The notes beneath the pieces were generated by a model. It was not told the origin of the DNA and did not search any database. It saw nothing but the letters and a program-made list of their open reading frames with translations. Source: Candidatus Aerophobota bacterium (GTDB lineage Bacteria; Aerophobota; Aerophobia; Aerophobales; JAGGXI01). From it: a stretch of 64,000 bases of DNA. Below are positions 51,112 through 60,590 of this stretch, one piece after another; position 1 is the first letter of the stretch; every line of letters starts with the position of its first letter. Location: the NCBI GenBank assembly GCA_021163155.1, contig JAGGXI010000038.1, positions 7,731 through 71,730 of the forward strand, written 5' to 3'. The position numbers and the translations under genes are program-made.

Positions 51112-51402
51112 TCGGGTGACAGCGCCTCTTTGTACTCTTAACTTTACCTTATCCTCTACTTCTATTTCTAAATAATTTTTCTTAACATTAGTAACAGTTC
51201 CATATATTCCCCCGGTGGTAATTATCTTATCTCCCTTCTTCAAACTTTCTACCATTTGTCTATGTTCTTTCTGTTTCTTCCTTTGAGGAAGGATGAGAAG
51301 AAAGTAAAAAATAACAAAGATAAGAACAAGAGGCATTAAAGATCCAATCATTCCTCCTGCTCCTCCTGTTTGCCCATTAGCAGCCCATGCAATAGCATTC
51401 AT
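51094..51402 (-). CDS. yajC: Preprotein translocase subunit YajC
   Basis: IFYFLLI.PQ.K.QK.H..M...LKKGD.I.T.GGI.G. Confidence 0.95.
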   Translation of the reverse strand: MNAIAWAANGQTGGAGGMIGSLMPLVLIFVIFYFLLILPQRKKQKEHRQMVESLKKGDKIITTGGIYGTVTNVKKNYLEIEVEDKVKLRVQRGAVTRLRGEE

Positions 51403-51407
51403 TTCTT

Positions 51408-52529
<1,122 letters not shown>

Positions 52530-52620
52530 TTATTTTAGAATCAAGAAAACCCATTTTGTTCCCTTTAATCCTGCTTTTCCTTGACCGTATCAGGAAATTA
52601 TACCTATAATCTACTACTGA

Positions 52621-52716
52621 GGGTATTTCCCTGAAGAAGCCTTATAGGAGCTACCTTAACGAGAAGACGAGCAGAAACAATTCAAAGCAGATATACAGCG
52701 ACGAAAGGGAATACCC
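52621..52716 (+). repeat. Family C structured repeat, copy 2
   Basis: GGGTATTTCCCTGAAGAAGCCTTATA...CAGCGACGAAAGGGAATACCC; closing stem covaries with the 7454 copy. Confidence 0.7.
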
Positions 52717-52756
52717 AAAATCTTCTTGATATATAATATCAGGAATATAAAGGAAG

Positions 52757-53782
52757 TCAAATTATGAGCATTGCATCTCCGAAGGAGAGGAAACGATATT
52801 TTTCCTTTATTGCTTCCTTGTAAGCGGCAAGCAATTTTTCCTTACCCACAAAAGCAGATACTAATAGAATAAGTGAGGTCCCTGGCATATGAAAGTTGGT
52901 AATAAGGGAATCCACTATCTTAAATCTATATCCCGGATAAATGAACAGCTTTGTCCATCCCTCTCCCTCCTCAATTAAACCAGTAGATTTAGCCTGTGTT
53001 TCCAGAGCTCGAGTAGCACTGGTTCCTACAGTTACCACTCTTCTCGCTTCCCTAATAATCTTAGCTGCTTTAGCCTCAATTTTATAAAATTCCTCTGGAA
53101 TTTGATTCTCTTCCACTATTTCTTTATTTAAACGCTTAAAGCTGGCCCATCCGGTATGCAATGTCACCTCTACTATTTTCACCCCTTTATCTTTTATTTT
53201 TTGCAATAAAGAAGGGGTAAAATGGAGTCCTGCTGTGGGAGCAGCAATGGCTCCTCCCTCTTTAGCATAAACAGTTTGATATCTTTCTCTATCTTCGGGG
53301 CTGGGGCATCCTTCCCTTTTGATATAAGGAGGAAGAGGAACCTGACCAATCTTCGCTATAACTCTATTTAATTTGCTTGGAGGAGTAAATTTAACTACTG
53401 CCTTTGCTCCTTCACCCTTCTTTAATATATATGCTTTAAGTTCTGTCTCCGGGAAAAAAATTGAACTATCTTCTCTTATGCTCTTAGCCGGTTTCAGTAA
53501 ACATTCCCAAATATCTTCCTCTTTTTTCTTTAAAAGAAGAACTTCAGCTTTGCCTCCCGTAGTTTCTTTTTTTCCTTTCAATCGAGCAGGTATCACATAT
53601 GTATTGTTTAATACCAATACATCCCCTTCCTGGAAATAATGCAGAATCTCATAAAATCTTTTATGCTCTATTTCCCCCTTTTCTCTGTGAAGCACCAAAA
53701 GACGAGACTCATCCCTTTGGGGAGCTGGATATTGAGCAATTAATTCTCCTGGAAGCTGATAATAAAAATCTTTTAACCTCAA
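52757..53782 (-). CDS. queA: S-adenosylmethionine:tRNA ribosyltransferase-isomerase
   Basis: F.Y.LP.ELIAQ.P, PLPPYI.R, RYQTVYA, AAPTAGLHFT, TNFH.P. Confidence 0.96.
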   Translation of the reverse strand: MRLKDFYYQLPGELIAQYPAPQRDESRLLVLHREKGEIEHKRFYEILHYFQEGDVLVLNNTYVIPARLKGKKETTGGKAEVLLLKKKEEDIWECLLKPAKSIREDSSIFFPETELKAYILKKGEGAKAVVKFTPPSKLNRVIAKIGQVPLPPYIKREGCPSPEDRERYQTVYAKEGGAIAAPTAGLHFTPSLLQKIKDKGVKIVEVTLHTGWASFKRLNKEIVEENQIPEEFYKIEAKAAKIIREARRVVTVGTSATRALETQAKSTGLIEEGEGWTKLFIYPGYRFKIVDSLITNFHMPGTSLILLVSAFVGKEKLLAAYKEAIKEKYRFLSFGDAMLII

Positions 53783-53832
53783 CTGATTTTCCTTTATTCT
53801 TTTCTTTTAAAATTACCAATAATTACTCATTG

Positions 53833-53900
53833 GTCAAGAAGATTTCTAGCTTTCCCCTCCATCGCTGTCCATTACGAGTAAATGGGTAAATGAGTTAATT
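53833..53900 (-). repeat. Partial family C repeat (3' half)
   Basis: Reverse complement TTACCCATTTACTC...CAGCGATGGAGGGGAA...TTCTTGAC matches 7590-7647. Confidence 0.6.
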
Positions 53901-54001
53901 GGACAAACTTTGTACTATTTTTTGTAGTTTCTTTACTTTTTCCTCATATGGGTCAGGTCTTCAAACTTGACATAAATATTAATTTATGGTAATGATAATT
54001 T

Positions 54002-54059
54002 ATGTCGAAGACCATTAAGAATTTCCCATCCAGGCGCCCTTTATCATATCAGTACAAAG
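54002..54059 (+). pseudogene. N-terminal relic of a RAYT/IS200-like Y1 transposase
   Basis: Removing one A after codon 2 gives MSRPLRISHPGALYHISTK, matching the MxRPLRIxxPGAxYH start of REP-associated tyrosine transposases. Confidence 0.65.
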
Positions 54060-54060
54060 C

Positions 54061-54714
54061 ATAAGGAATACAGTAGCCGCGGCAGACATCGACGTCACAA
54101 GAATTCCATCAAAATTGGAAGCGCGAAGTGGACTTGGAAGCCGCGCTGAAGTTATACCAGCCATAGATAAACTTTTTGGCGAGTTATACAAAGACGCTCA
54201 AGAAAACGCACTTTGCATAATTGCGGAATGTTTAATAGCAGAAAGCCCACAATTGGCCGAAAGCGTACAAGAAATTCTTGGAAAAGACGGTTATCAATTC
54301 ATTGATGGTTCATTTGTTCCTGTTGGTTTACTAGATCAAAGAGAGGCCAAGTTCTTGCCTATAAGCTCAGCCACCGAGATTGCTAGAGCTACCTCTCGAT
54401 TAATTAATGGTGATTACAGCGGCGCAATAACATCAGCATGTGGTGCCGTCGATATCGTAATGCAGTAAATCTATAAAGAGCAAGGCCTGGGCGAAGCAGG
54501 TAAAGCCTCCTTTCAGGCTAAAGTGAATACTGCTGCTAAGCAATTACGCCTATTTGAAGCAATGGAAAGCGAATTTCGGAAAGTAGGCATGCCTGAAAAG
54601 GATACATCGGAATTAGTAAAGGAAATGAAAAGTGCCACTAACCATGCAGCACAGGCGTTACAAGTCTTGAGGCGTGCTATGGGAGACACCCATGGCATCT
54701 CTAAGATACAATAG
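54061..54714 (+). pseudogene. Abortive-infection (Abi_C-like) protein fragment with an internal stop
   Basis: ORFs 54115-54468 and 54523-54714 are in the same frame, split by TAA at 54466; GDYSGAITSAC...LRRAMGDTHG resembles Abi_C; truncated at both ends. Confidence 0.55.
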
Positions 54715-54956
54715 CCAGGGATTCTCTAATTCTTCTTTAGTCACAAAACGCCATTTACCGCTATCTTCCAAAACTTTTGTATTCTCATCCAGCAAAGAGT
54801 ATAGAACGATAGTCCTAAAAACACTTCCCAGTCTTCTTACCCACCATTTGTGAATAAAGTAAATCGGCGGTATTTTTCCTTGGCGTGGGCTTCCCGTTCC
54901 GCAATTTCGTTAACCTGTTCAATAGGGAAATCTATTTTTATAGGTCTTTGTTTCAC
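54697..54956 (-). pseudogene. N-terminal fragment of a DUF1156 adenine-specific DNA methyltransferase, frameshifted
   Basis: Manual translation MKQRPIKIDFPIEQVNEIAEREAHAKEKYR/PIYFIHKWWVRRLGSVFR...; GTG start 2 nt after the HEPN stop. Confidence 0.7.
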
Positions 54957-54958
54957 TT

Positions 54959-55351
54959 TTATTCCTCTATTGCCTTTGCGACAATTTCATCTATAACTTT
55001 AATGAATTCCTCAGCTTTCTCAAGCCAGGTCTTGATATCTTCCTTGTTGAATTCAACAAAGTCTTCATAATCTCCCCTTTGCCTGAATTCAAACATTTTA
55101 TTGTAAAAATCTCCGAATTTTTCCCCAACAACACCTGCCTTTACAAATTCTCTATTAAATAAGCTCCTTATTCCACTGTGTTTTGAAGAATAAAGATCCT
55201 TTGTTAGAAGAAGTGCAACAGATTCATAAAAGATGGCATAATATATTCTGTTGACAGTGGCAAACAGTTTTGAATTATCAAACATTATCTTTGCTTCTTC
55301 AAAGGTCTCTTTGGCTCTCTCCCTCCTGTAGTTGATAATTTTCTCTTTCAT
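54959..55351 (-). CDS. HEPN domain protein (toxin-like partner of MNT)
   Basis: A.NR.YYA.F, SKHSG....F...FV, F..RQ.GDY. Confidence 0.88.
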   Translation of the reverse strand: MKEKIINYRRERAKETFEEAKIMFDNSKLFATVNRIYYAIFYESVALLLTKDLYSSKHSGIRSLFNREFVKAGVVGEKFGDFYNKMFEFRQRGDYEDFVEFNKEDIKTWLEKAEEFIKVIDEIVAKAIEE

Positions 55352-55695
55352 TTAACAGGCACTCCTTCTTTGTCAATATTCCAGTGAATGGGCATAGCTT
55401 TTGCCAATGGTGATTTCCAGAAGTTGGTAGCTTCTATAAGGATTCCAAATACGACATTGTACTTTAACTCTATTCTGAAGCTCATACTGAAAATCTTTTC
55501 TCTTAAACTGTCATTGACATCACATTCAAGTAGAATTAATACATCAATATCCGATTCCTCATCAAAATCTCCTCTTACCTTAGAACCGTAAAGAATGACC
55601 CCAGCATCTGGGAATCTTTCCAGCACTCTTTTTTTTAACTCCTGTAAAGCTTTTTTCTCATTTTCTTTTAATTTCAACTCTTCTACATTCTTCAT
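55348..55695 (-). CDS. Minimal nucleotidyltransferase (MNT) domain protein
   Basis: ILYGS..RGD..E.SDIDVLI; ...I..EG C-terminus; 4-nt overlap with HEPN. Confidence 0.9.
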   Translation of the reverse strand: MKNVEELKLKENEKKALQELKKRVLERFPDAGVILYGSKVRGDFDEESDIDVLILLECDVNDSLREKIFSMSFRIELKYNVVFGILIEATNFWKSPLAKAMPIHWNIDKEGVPVK

Positions 55696-56150
55696 TTTCT
55701 TACCTCAATCATCGGAACAAAGCATTCCATCAAACTTAATCCACCATGAAAATATATACTGTATTTTCCCGGTACAGGCCATATATATCGGGATTTCACA
55801 AGATAATAACCAGAAAAATCTACAACATAACCATCTTGCACCAGATGAGAAGCATCTGCTTGATTCATAGAGATGTATCTATTGCTGCCAAAAACATCCC
55901 TTAAAGCTCTCTTCTTGTTATCCGGAACTGGGAAAGCAAATCCAGCTTCTGAACGAATATACCCATGGTCAGATAGAATTATAATCTTGCTGGTTTTAAG
56001 TTTAGTTGCCAATTCCATCACGATTTTTTCTGTAGTTTCATGCATATTCTCAAGAGATGAGATTACAGTATGCCCTACCTGAATTTTGTCCAGCAAACAA
56101 TCCGGAAAATAAGACCAGATATATTTTTCCCTACCCGTAATCCTTATCAT
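55692..56150 (-). pseudogene. C-terminal part of a PglZ-like alkaline-phosphatase-superfamily protein
   Basis: IIILSDHGY and HGGLSLMECFVP motifs; too short for full-length PglZ. Confidence 0.6.
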
Positions 56151-56185
56151 TTAAATCAATTTTTATTTACTATTTTCATATTGTA

Positions 56186-56413
56186 TTATTTCTCCTCTGG
56201 AATATACACAAGTAACTCACCAACGGAGCAATTTAAAGCCTTGCAAAGTTTTTCGAGAACCTCGTAGGTTACCTGTTTTGCACCTGTGCCACCATTTTTC
56301 CCCATCTTGGAGAGAGCATTAATAGAAATACCTGTCCTCTTGCTTAACTGGGTGTAATTCAGGTCTCTCTCAGCTAAAAGTATCTTTAATCTATTTTTTA
56401 TCATTTTTTCCAT
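56186..56413 (-). CDS. XRE/Cro-C1 helix-turn-helix regulator
   Basis: LK.LLAER...Y.QLS..TGIS...LS.........L.KLC.AL.CSVG.LL.Y. Confidence 0.88.
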   Translation of the reverse strand: MEKMIKNRLKILLAERDLNYTQLSKRTGISINALSKMGKNGGTGAKQVTYEVLEKLCKALNCSVGELLVYIPEEK

Positions 56414-56449
56414 CCCTAAGTAACTTTTTTATATTTAAAATTTGGATAT

Positions 56450-56521
56450 TTACAATGAGAAATGTATAAAACCACTTGACAAGTATAAACGGATATGGCA
56501 AAATTACAATAGTAGATGTAA
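56450..56521. promoter_or_regulatory. Paired TTACA-N8-TGTA(A/T) operators flanking a TTGACA-N17-CAAAAT promoter
   Basis: Sites at 56450-56467 and 56504-56521; promoter 56476-56504 is divergent from the XRE gene. Confidence 0.5.
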
Positions 56522-56602
56522 ATAATTAACTTACAAAATGATTATATACACTAACTATTATAATCCAAATATTTCCTGAGTCAATATTTTCTTAGTATAG
56601 GG

Positions 56603-58075
56603 TCAGGTCTTCAAGAGGCCTGTTCTCTTATTGAACTCTTTAATTAGTTTATCTATTTTACCAACTTGTTTATGAATATTACCCCAATAGTCTTCACAAT
56701 CATACCATTGAGCATTTAACTCATCCAATTCTTTACCCTGCTGTTCTATCCAGGTGTAGTATTTAAGGTTATGAATTCGTTTTTTATCATAATAAGTTAA
56801 CTCTTCCATATAATCAGTAGATAACCCAAGTAAATGTTGGTGATAGTCAACAGCAGCATCTATCTTGCCATATGAATTATTATATTCTTCTTCCATTTCT
56901 TTTAATCTTGATTTATAAAGCTCCATAGAATCTGTAAATACAGTCATAACTATATCATTCTTAGTTAATTCATAATACTTAGCAAACTTAATAGCCATTA
57001 TTACATTAGCCGCACTGGAAATACCTAATAAAGGCAACTGTTCAATTAATCTCTTAGAAACATTCATTTCTTTTAAATAATCTTTGCCAGCGGGTTCATT
57101 AAATACCCGCACCAGTCCCATGCTATCATTATCATCAACATCAATTATCATATCGGTATTCTTTACATTGTGAATCCAGGGTACGTGTTTGTCACCAATA
57201 CCTTCAATCCTATGAGCACCATAACCATTAGATAATAAAGTTGGACACTGCAGGGCTTCACCAACAACAATTTTACTGGTTGGATACAACTCTTTTAAGT
57301 AATCTCCGCATCCTAAAGTACCTGAAGAACCAGAAGTTAAAACAACTCCGGCATATTTATCATCTGGACCCATTACCTCTTTTAAAACTTCTTCCATAGC
57401 ATGACCGGTAACTTCATAATGCCAGAGATGATTACCAAATTCATCAAACTGGTTAAATACTACTACATTATCTCTTGTTTTTTTTAATTCCCAGGATTTG
57501 TCAAAAATCTCTTTTACGTTGCTTTCACTTCCAGGAGTAGCAATAACTTCTCCTGCCACTTTAGTTAGCCAGTCAAAGCGTTCTTGACTCATCCCTTCGG
57601 GTAAGATAGCAATTGATTCACAGGATAATAAATCAGCATCATAAGCACCGCCCCGACAATAATTACCTGTAGAAGGCCAAACTGCCTTATGAAAAGTAGG
57701 GTCAAATTGTCCAGTAATCAGTCTGGGTACTAAACAACCAAAGGTAGCTCCAACCTTATGAGAGCCGGTTGGAAACCATTTACCCACTAAAGCAATGATT
57801 TTAGCGTCAACTCCTGTAAGTTCTTTGGGTAATTCTATATAATTGACTCCACTATACAAACCACCATTTTTCACTGGTTCATTTTTCCAGGTAACCCTGA
57901 AAAGATTATATGAATTAATGTCCCATAACCCTATATTTTTAAGTTTATTTTTAATCCTATCAGGAACAAGTTCAGGATTCTCCATCTCCTCAAAAGTGGG
58001 AATGATAATATTCTTCTCTTTAGCTCTTTTTATTGTCCTTTCAAGTTGTTCTTCATTAATAGTTAAATCAATCAT
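56603..58075 (-). CDS. PLP-dependent fold-type II enzyme (cysteine synthase/Trp synthase beta superfamily), function unknown
   Basis: FPTGSHKVGA (Schiff-base Lys), STGNYCRGGA, GSSGTLG, IEGIGD. Confidence 0.85.
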   Translation of the reverse strand: MIDLTINEEQLERTIKRAKEKNIIIPTFEEMENPELVPDRIKNKLKNIGLWDINSYNLFRVTWKNEPVKNGGLYSGVNYIELPKELTGVDAKIIALVGKWFPTGSHKVGATFGCLVPRLITGQFDPTFHKAVWPSTGNYCRGGAYDADLLSCESIAILPEGMSQERFDWLTKVAGEVIATPGSESNVKEIFDKSWELKKTRDNVVVFNQFDEFGNHLWHYEVTGHAMEEVLKEVMGPDDKYAGVVLTSGSSGTLGCGDYLKELYPTSKIVVGEALQCPTLLSNGYGAHRIEGIGDKHVPWIHNVKNTDMIIDVDDNDSMGLVRVFNEPAGKDYLKEMNVSKRLIEQLPLLGISSAANVIMAIKFAKYYELTKNDIVMTVFTDSMELYKSRLKEMEEEYNNSYGKIDAAVDYHQHLLGLSTDYMEELTYYDKKRIHNLKYYTWIEQQGKELDELNAQWYDCEDYWGNIHKQVGKIDKLIKEFNKRTGLLKT

Positions 58076-58251
58076 TTTTCATACTCCTCATTTATTTTAA
58101 AAAGTCTCAAAGCCCTGATTATATGTTTCTCTTGAATTCGCTTCTATACTTTATTCATTCATTATTTTATAGCAAGACCTTCTTTTTTCTTACCGTTTAC
58201 TTTACTGTCTCCTTCAGATTTTAACTTTATTTTAATAAAAATCCAGTAGAT

Positions 58252-58608
58252 TGACAACCAACTTTTATAGAAAATTCATCTTATTAGATTTTTAGAATAT
58301 TTAGAATATTTTGAAATCCGTAATATTTGCATTAACAACGATCCATATAAGAAGAGAAAGATTAATTTCAAAATCACAGATTCCACATTTAGGGTATGGT
58401 TACCTTTGTAGCATCTGAGTTTGCGCTACAAAGGACGGTAGCCGCAACCTTTACCCCGCTAAATAGTAGTAACATCTAATGGGGTTTAGGTTGTGCTGTT
58501 TTACGCAGGTGGTAGCCGCAACCTTTAGGTTGCGCAAAGAAGACCGTTACACAATAATGCAGGCTCTGAGCCTCGCGGCTACCATTTTTCCTGCAAAAGA
58601 TAGCTGAC
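58252..58608. mobile_element. Family D MITE-like element (inverted relative to the 7644 copy) filled with GTAG-REP hairpins
   Basis: Ends TGACAACCAACTTTT / AAAAGATAGCTGACA; REPs GGTAGCCGCAACCTTTAGGTTGCG at 58437 and 58511, inverted variant at 58558. Confidence 0.7.
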
Positions 58609-58688
58609 AAATGGTATTAAAGCTATTTACAAGCAAAAAATAGATAAACACAAGACTTATTTTTCTTAATTCTTAGTTTTAAATTATT

Positions 58689-58780
58689 GAGATTTCTGAA
58701 AAAATCAGAAATCTCTGATTTCGTAGATAAAAATCGAGATTACACAGATTAGAGGCCTCTGAAGGTTTTTCAGAGATCTC
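58689..58780 (+). mobile_element. Family B MITE-like repeat
   Basis: TIR GAGATTTCTGAAAAA / TTTTTCAGAGATCTC, with TTATT on both flanks. Confidence 0.75.
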
Positions 58781-58837
58781 TTATTGTCAGGTTGACGAAA
58801 ACTTCTATTATAATATTATATAAAAGAAAGGGCAATC

Positions 58838-60556
58838 ATGGCAAAAATAGCGAGAGTAAGTCTTAGTGATATTCTGCTTAAAGAAGGATTCATTTCCGAA
58901 AAAGAGATTCAAAAAGCTGAAGAGTATCAAAAGAAACATAAAGGAAATCTTTCTGAAATATTTATTAAATTAAGAATGGTTACTGAGGATGAACTGGTAA
59001 GGGCACTAGCAGAACAGTTAAGTATCCCCCATATGAAACTCACCAATTATAAACTAGATCCTGAGATAATGAGTATGCTTCCAGAGAAGGTAATTAGAAA
59101 AAATAAAGTTGTCCCTTTATCTAGAACTGCTAATACTCTTACTGTGGCTACCGCTGACCCCCTTAATATTCTCCTTCTTGATAATCTTAGAGCAATGACA
59201 GGGTGCAATATACAAACTATTGTTTCCACAAACTCTGACATCGAGCAAGCCATCGGTGACTACTATTCAACAATGGCTTCAAAAGACCTTGAAAATTTAA
59301 TTAAACAATCCGAAAGGGATAAAGGAAAAATAGAACTAATCATAGAAAGAGAAATGGTAAATTTAGACGAGTTAAAAAAACAGGCTGAAGAAGCTCCTGT
59401 TATAAAAATAGTTAATCTTATCTTTTCTCGAGGTATAAAAGAGCGAGCCAGCGATATTCACTTAGAGCCCTTTGAGAAAAACTTACAGATAAGATATAGA
59501 ATCGATGGGATTCTATATACTGCATTTCTTCTTCCTAAAAAATTACAAAATGCCATAATCTCGAGGATAAAAATTCTGTCAGAAATGGATATTGCTGAGC
59601 ATAGACTCCCTCAAGACGGAAGATTTAGAATTAAAGCCTATAATAGAGACATTGACTTCCGCGCTTCTACCATTCCAACTCGATTTGGAGAAAAAGTTGT
59701 TCTTCGCCTTTTAGACAAGGCTCATCTTCAAGGATTAACTATCGATACATTAGGATTTGAAGAAAATGTCTTAAAAAAATACAAGAAAGCAATACATCAG
59801 CCCTATGGAATGATTATTTTAACCGGTCCTACTAGCTGTGGAAAATCTACCTCTCTTTATGCAGCCATCAGAGCTATAAATAGCTCTGATAAAAATATTC
59901 TTACTATTGAAGACCCTGTAGAATATGAATTAGAAGGTATTAATCAAGTCCAAATTCATGAAGAAATAGGGCTAACCTTTCCTCGAGCCCTTCGTTCTTT
60001 TCTCCGCCAAGATCCGGATATAATTATGGTTGGTGAGATGAGAGATACAGAAACAGCAAATATAGGAATACAAGCCTCTCTTACTGGCCACCTTCTCTTT
60101 ACCACTCTTCATACCAATAACGCTACTGGAGCTATAACCAGACTGATTAATATGGGAATAGAACCATTTCTTATTGCCGGAACTCTTAATTTTGTGGGAG
60201 CGCAAAGATTAATGAGAAAAGTATGCAAACACTGCCGTATTGCTTATAAACCCTCCAAAAAACTTATTGAAGAATTAAAAATAGAGGATAAAATAAACAA
60301 AGAGACTCTATTCTATAAAGCAAAAGGATGTCCTTTATGTAATAATACCGGTTACCAGAGGAGAATGGCTGTTATGGAAGCATTGGAAATAGATGATGAT
60401 ATAAAAGAGTTAATTCTCGCTAAAACTTCCGATGCTGAATTAAAAAAAGCTGCCATTTCCAAAGGAATGGTTAGCTTAAAAGAGAATGCCTTATCTAAAG
60501 TGATAAAAGGGGAGACTACCATTGAAGAGTTAGCCAGAGTAACAGGAACATTGTAG
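58838..60556 (+). CDS. pilB: Type IV pilus/T2SS assembly ATPase (PilB/GspE family)
   Basis: ASDIH.EP, R.RIDG, LPQDGR, Walker A GPTSCGKST, TIEDPVEY, LRQDPDIIMVGEMRD, CxxC...CxxC. Confidence 0.92.
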   Translation: MAKIARVSLSDILLKEGFISEKEIQKAEEYQKKHKGNLSEIFIKLRMVTEDELVRALAEQLSIPHMKLTNYKLDPEIMSMLPEKVIRKNKVVPLSRTANTLTVATADPLNILLLDNLRAMTGCNIQTIVSTNSDIEQAIGDYYSTMASKDLENLIKQSERDKGKIELIIEREMVNLDELKKQAEEAPVIKIVNLIFSRGIKERASDIHLEPFEKNLQIRYRIDGILYTAFLLPKKLQNAIISRIKILSEMDIAEHRLPQDGRFRIKAYNRDIDFRASTIPTRFGEKVVLRLLDKAHLQGLTIDTLGFEENVLKKYKKAIHQPYGMIILTGPTSCGKSTSLYAAIRAINSSDKNILTIEDPVEYELEGINQVQIHEEIGLTFPRALRSFLRQDPDIIMVGEMRDTETANIGIQASLTGHLLFTTLHTNNATGAITRLINMGIEPFLIAGTLNFVGAQRLMRKVCKHCRIAYKPSKKLIEELKIEDKINKETLFYKAKGCPLCNNTGYQRRMAVMEALEIDDDIKELILAKTSDAELKKAAISKGMVSLKENALSKVIKGETTIEELARVTGTL

Positions 60557-60590
60557 TCAGAGGCCCAGGCACTTCAAAAGGAGAAATAAT

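Larger units (their letters stand above)
53950..56614. mobile_element. Decayed defence islet bounded by a 15-bp direct repeat GGGTCAGGTCTTCAA
   Basis: Exact copies at 53950-53964 and 56600-56614; contents are transposase and defence-gene fragments. Confidence 0.6.

Noticed and set aside
52621..52716. Hammerhead ribozyme (CTGAAGA ... GAAA)
   Set aside because: GAAA runs straight into the strand that closes the first stem, leaving no third helix or NUH site. The homologous copy at 7454 lacks both core motifs.
54466..54468. Stop-codon readthrough (Sec/Pyl) in the Abi-like gene
   Set aside because: The stop is TAA and the gene is also truncated at both ends, so a nonsense mutation is more likely.
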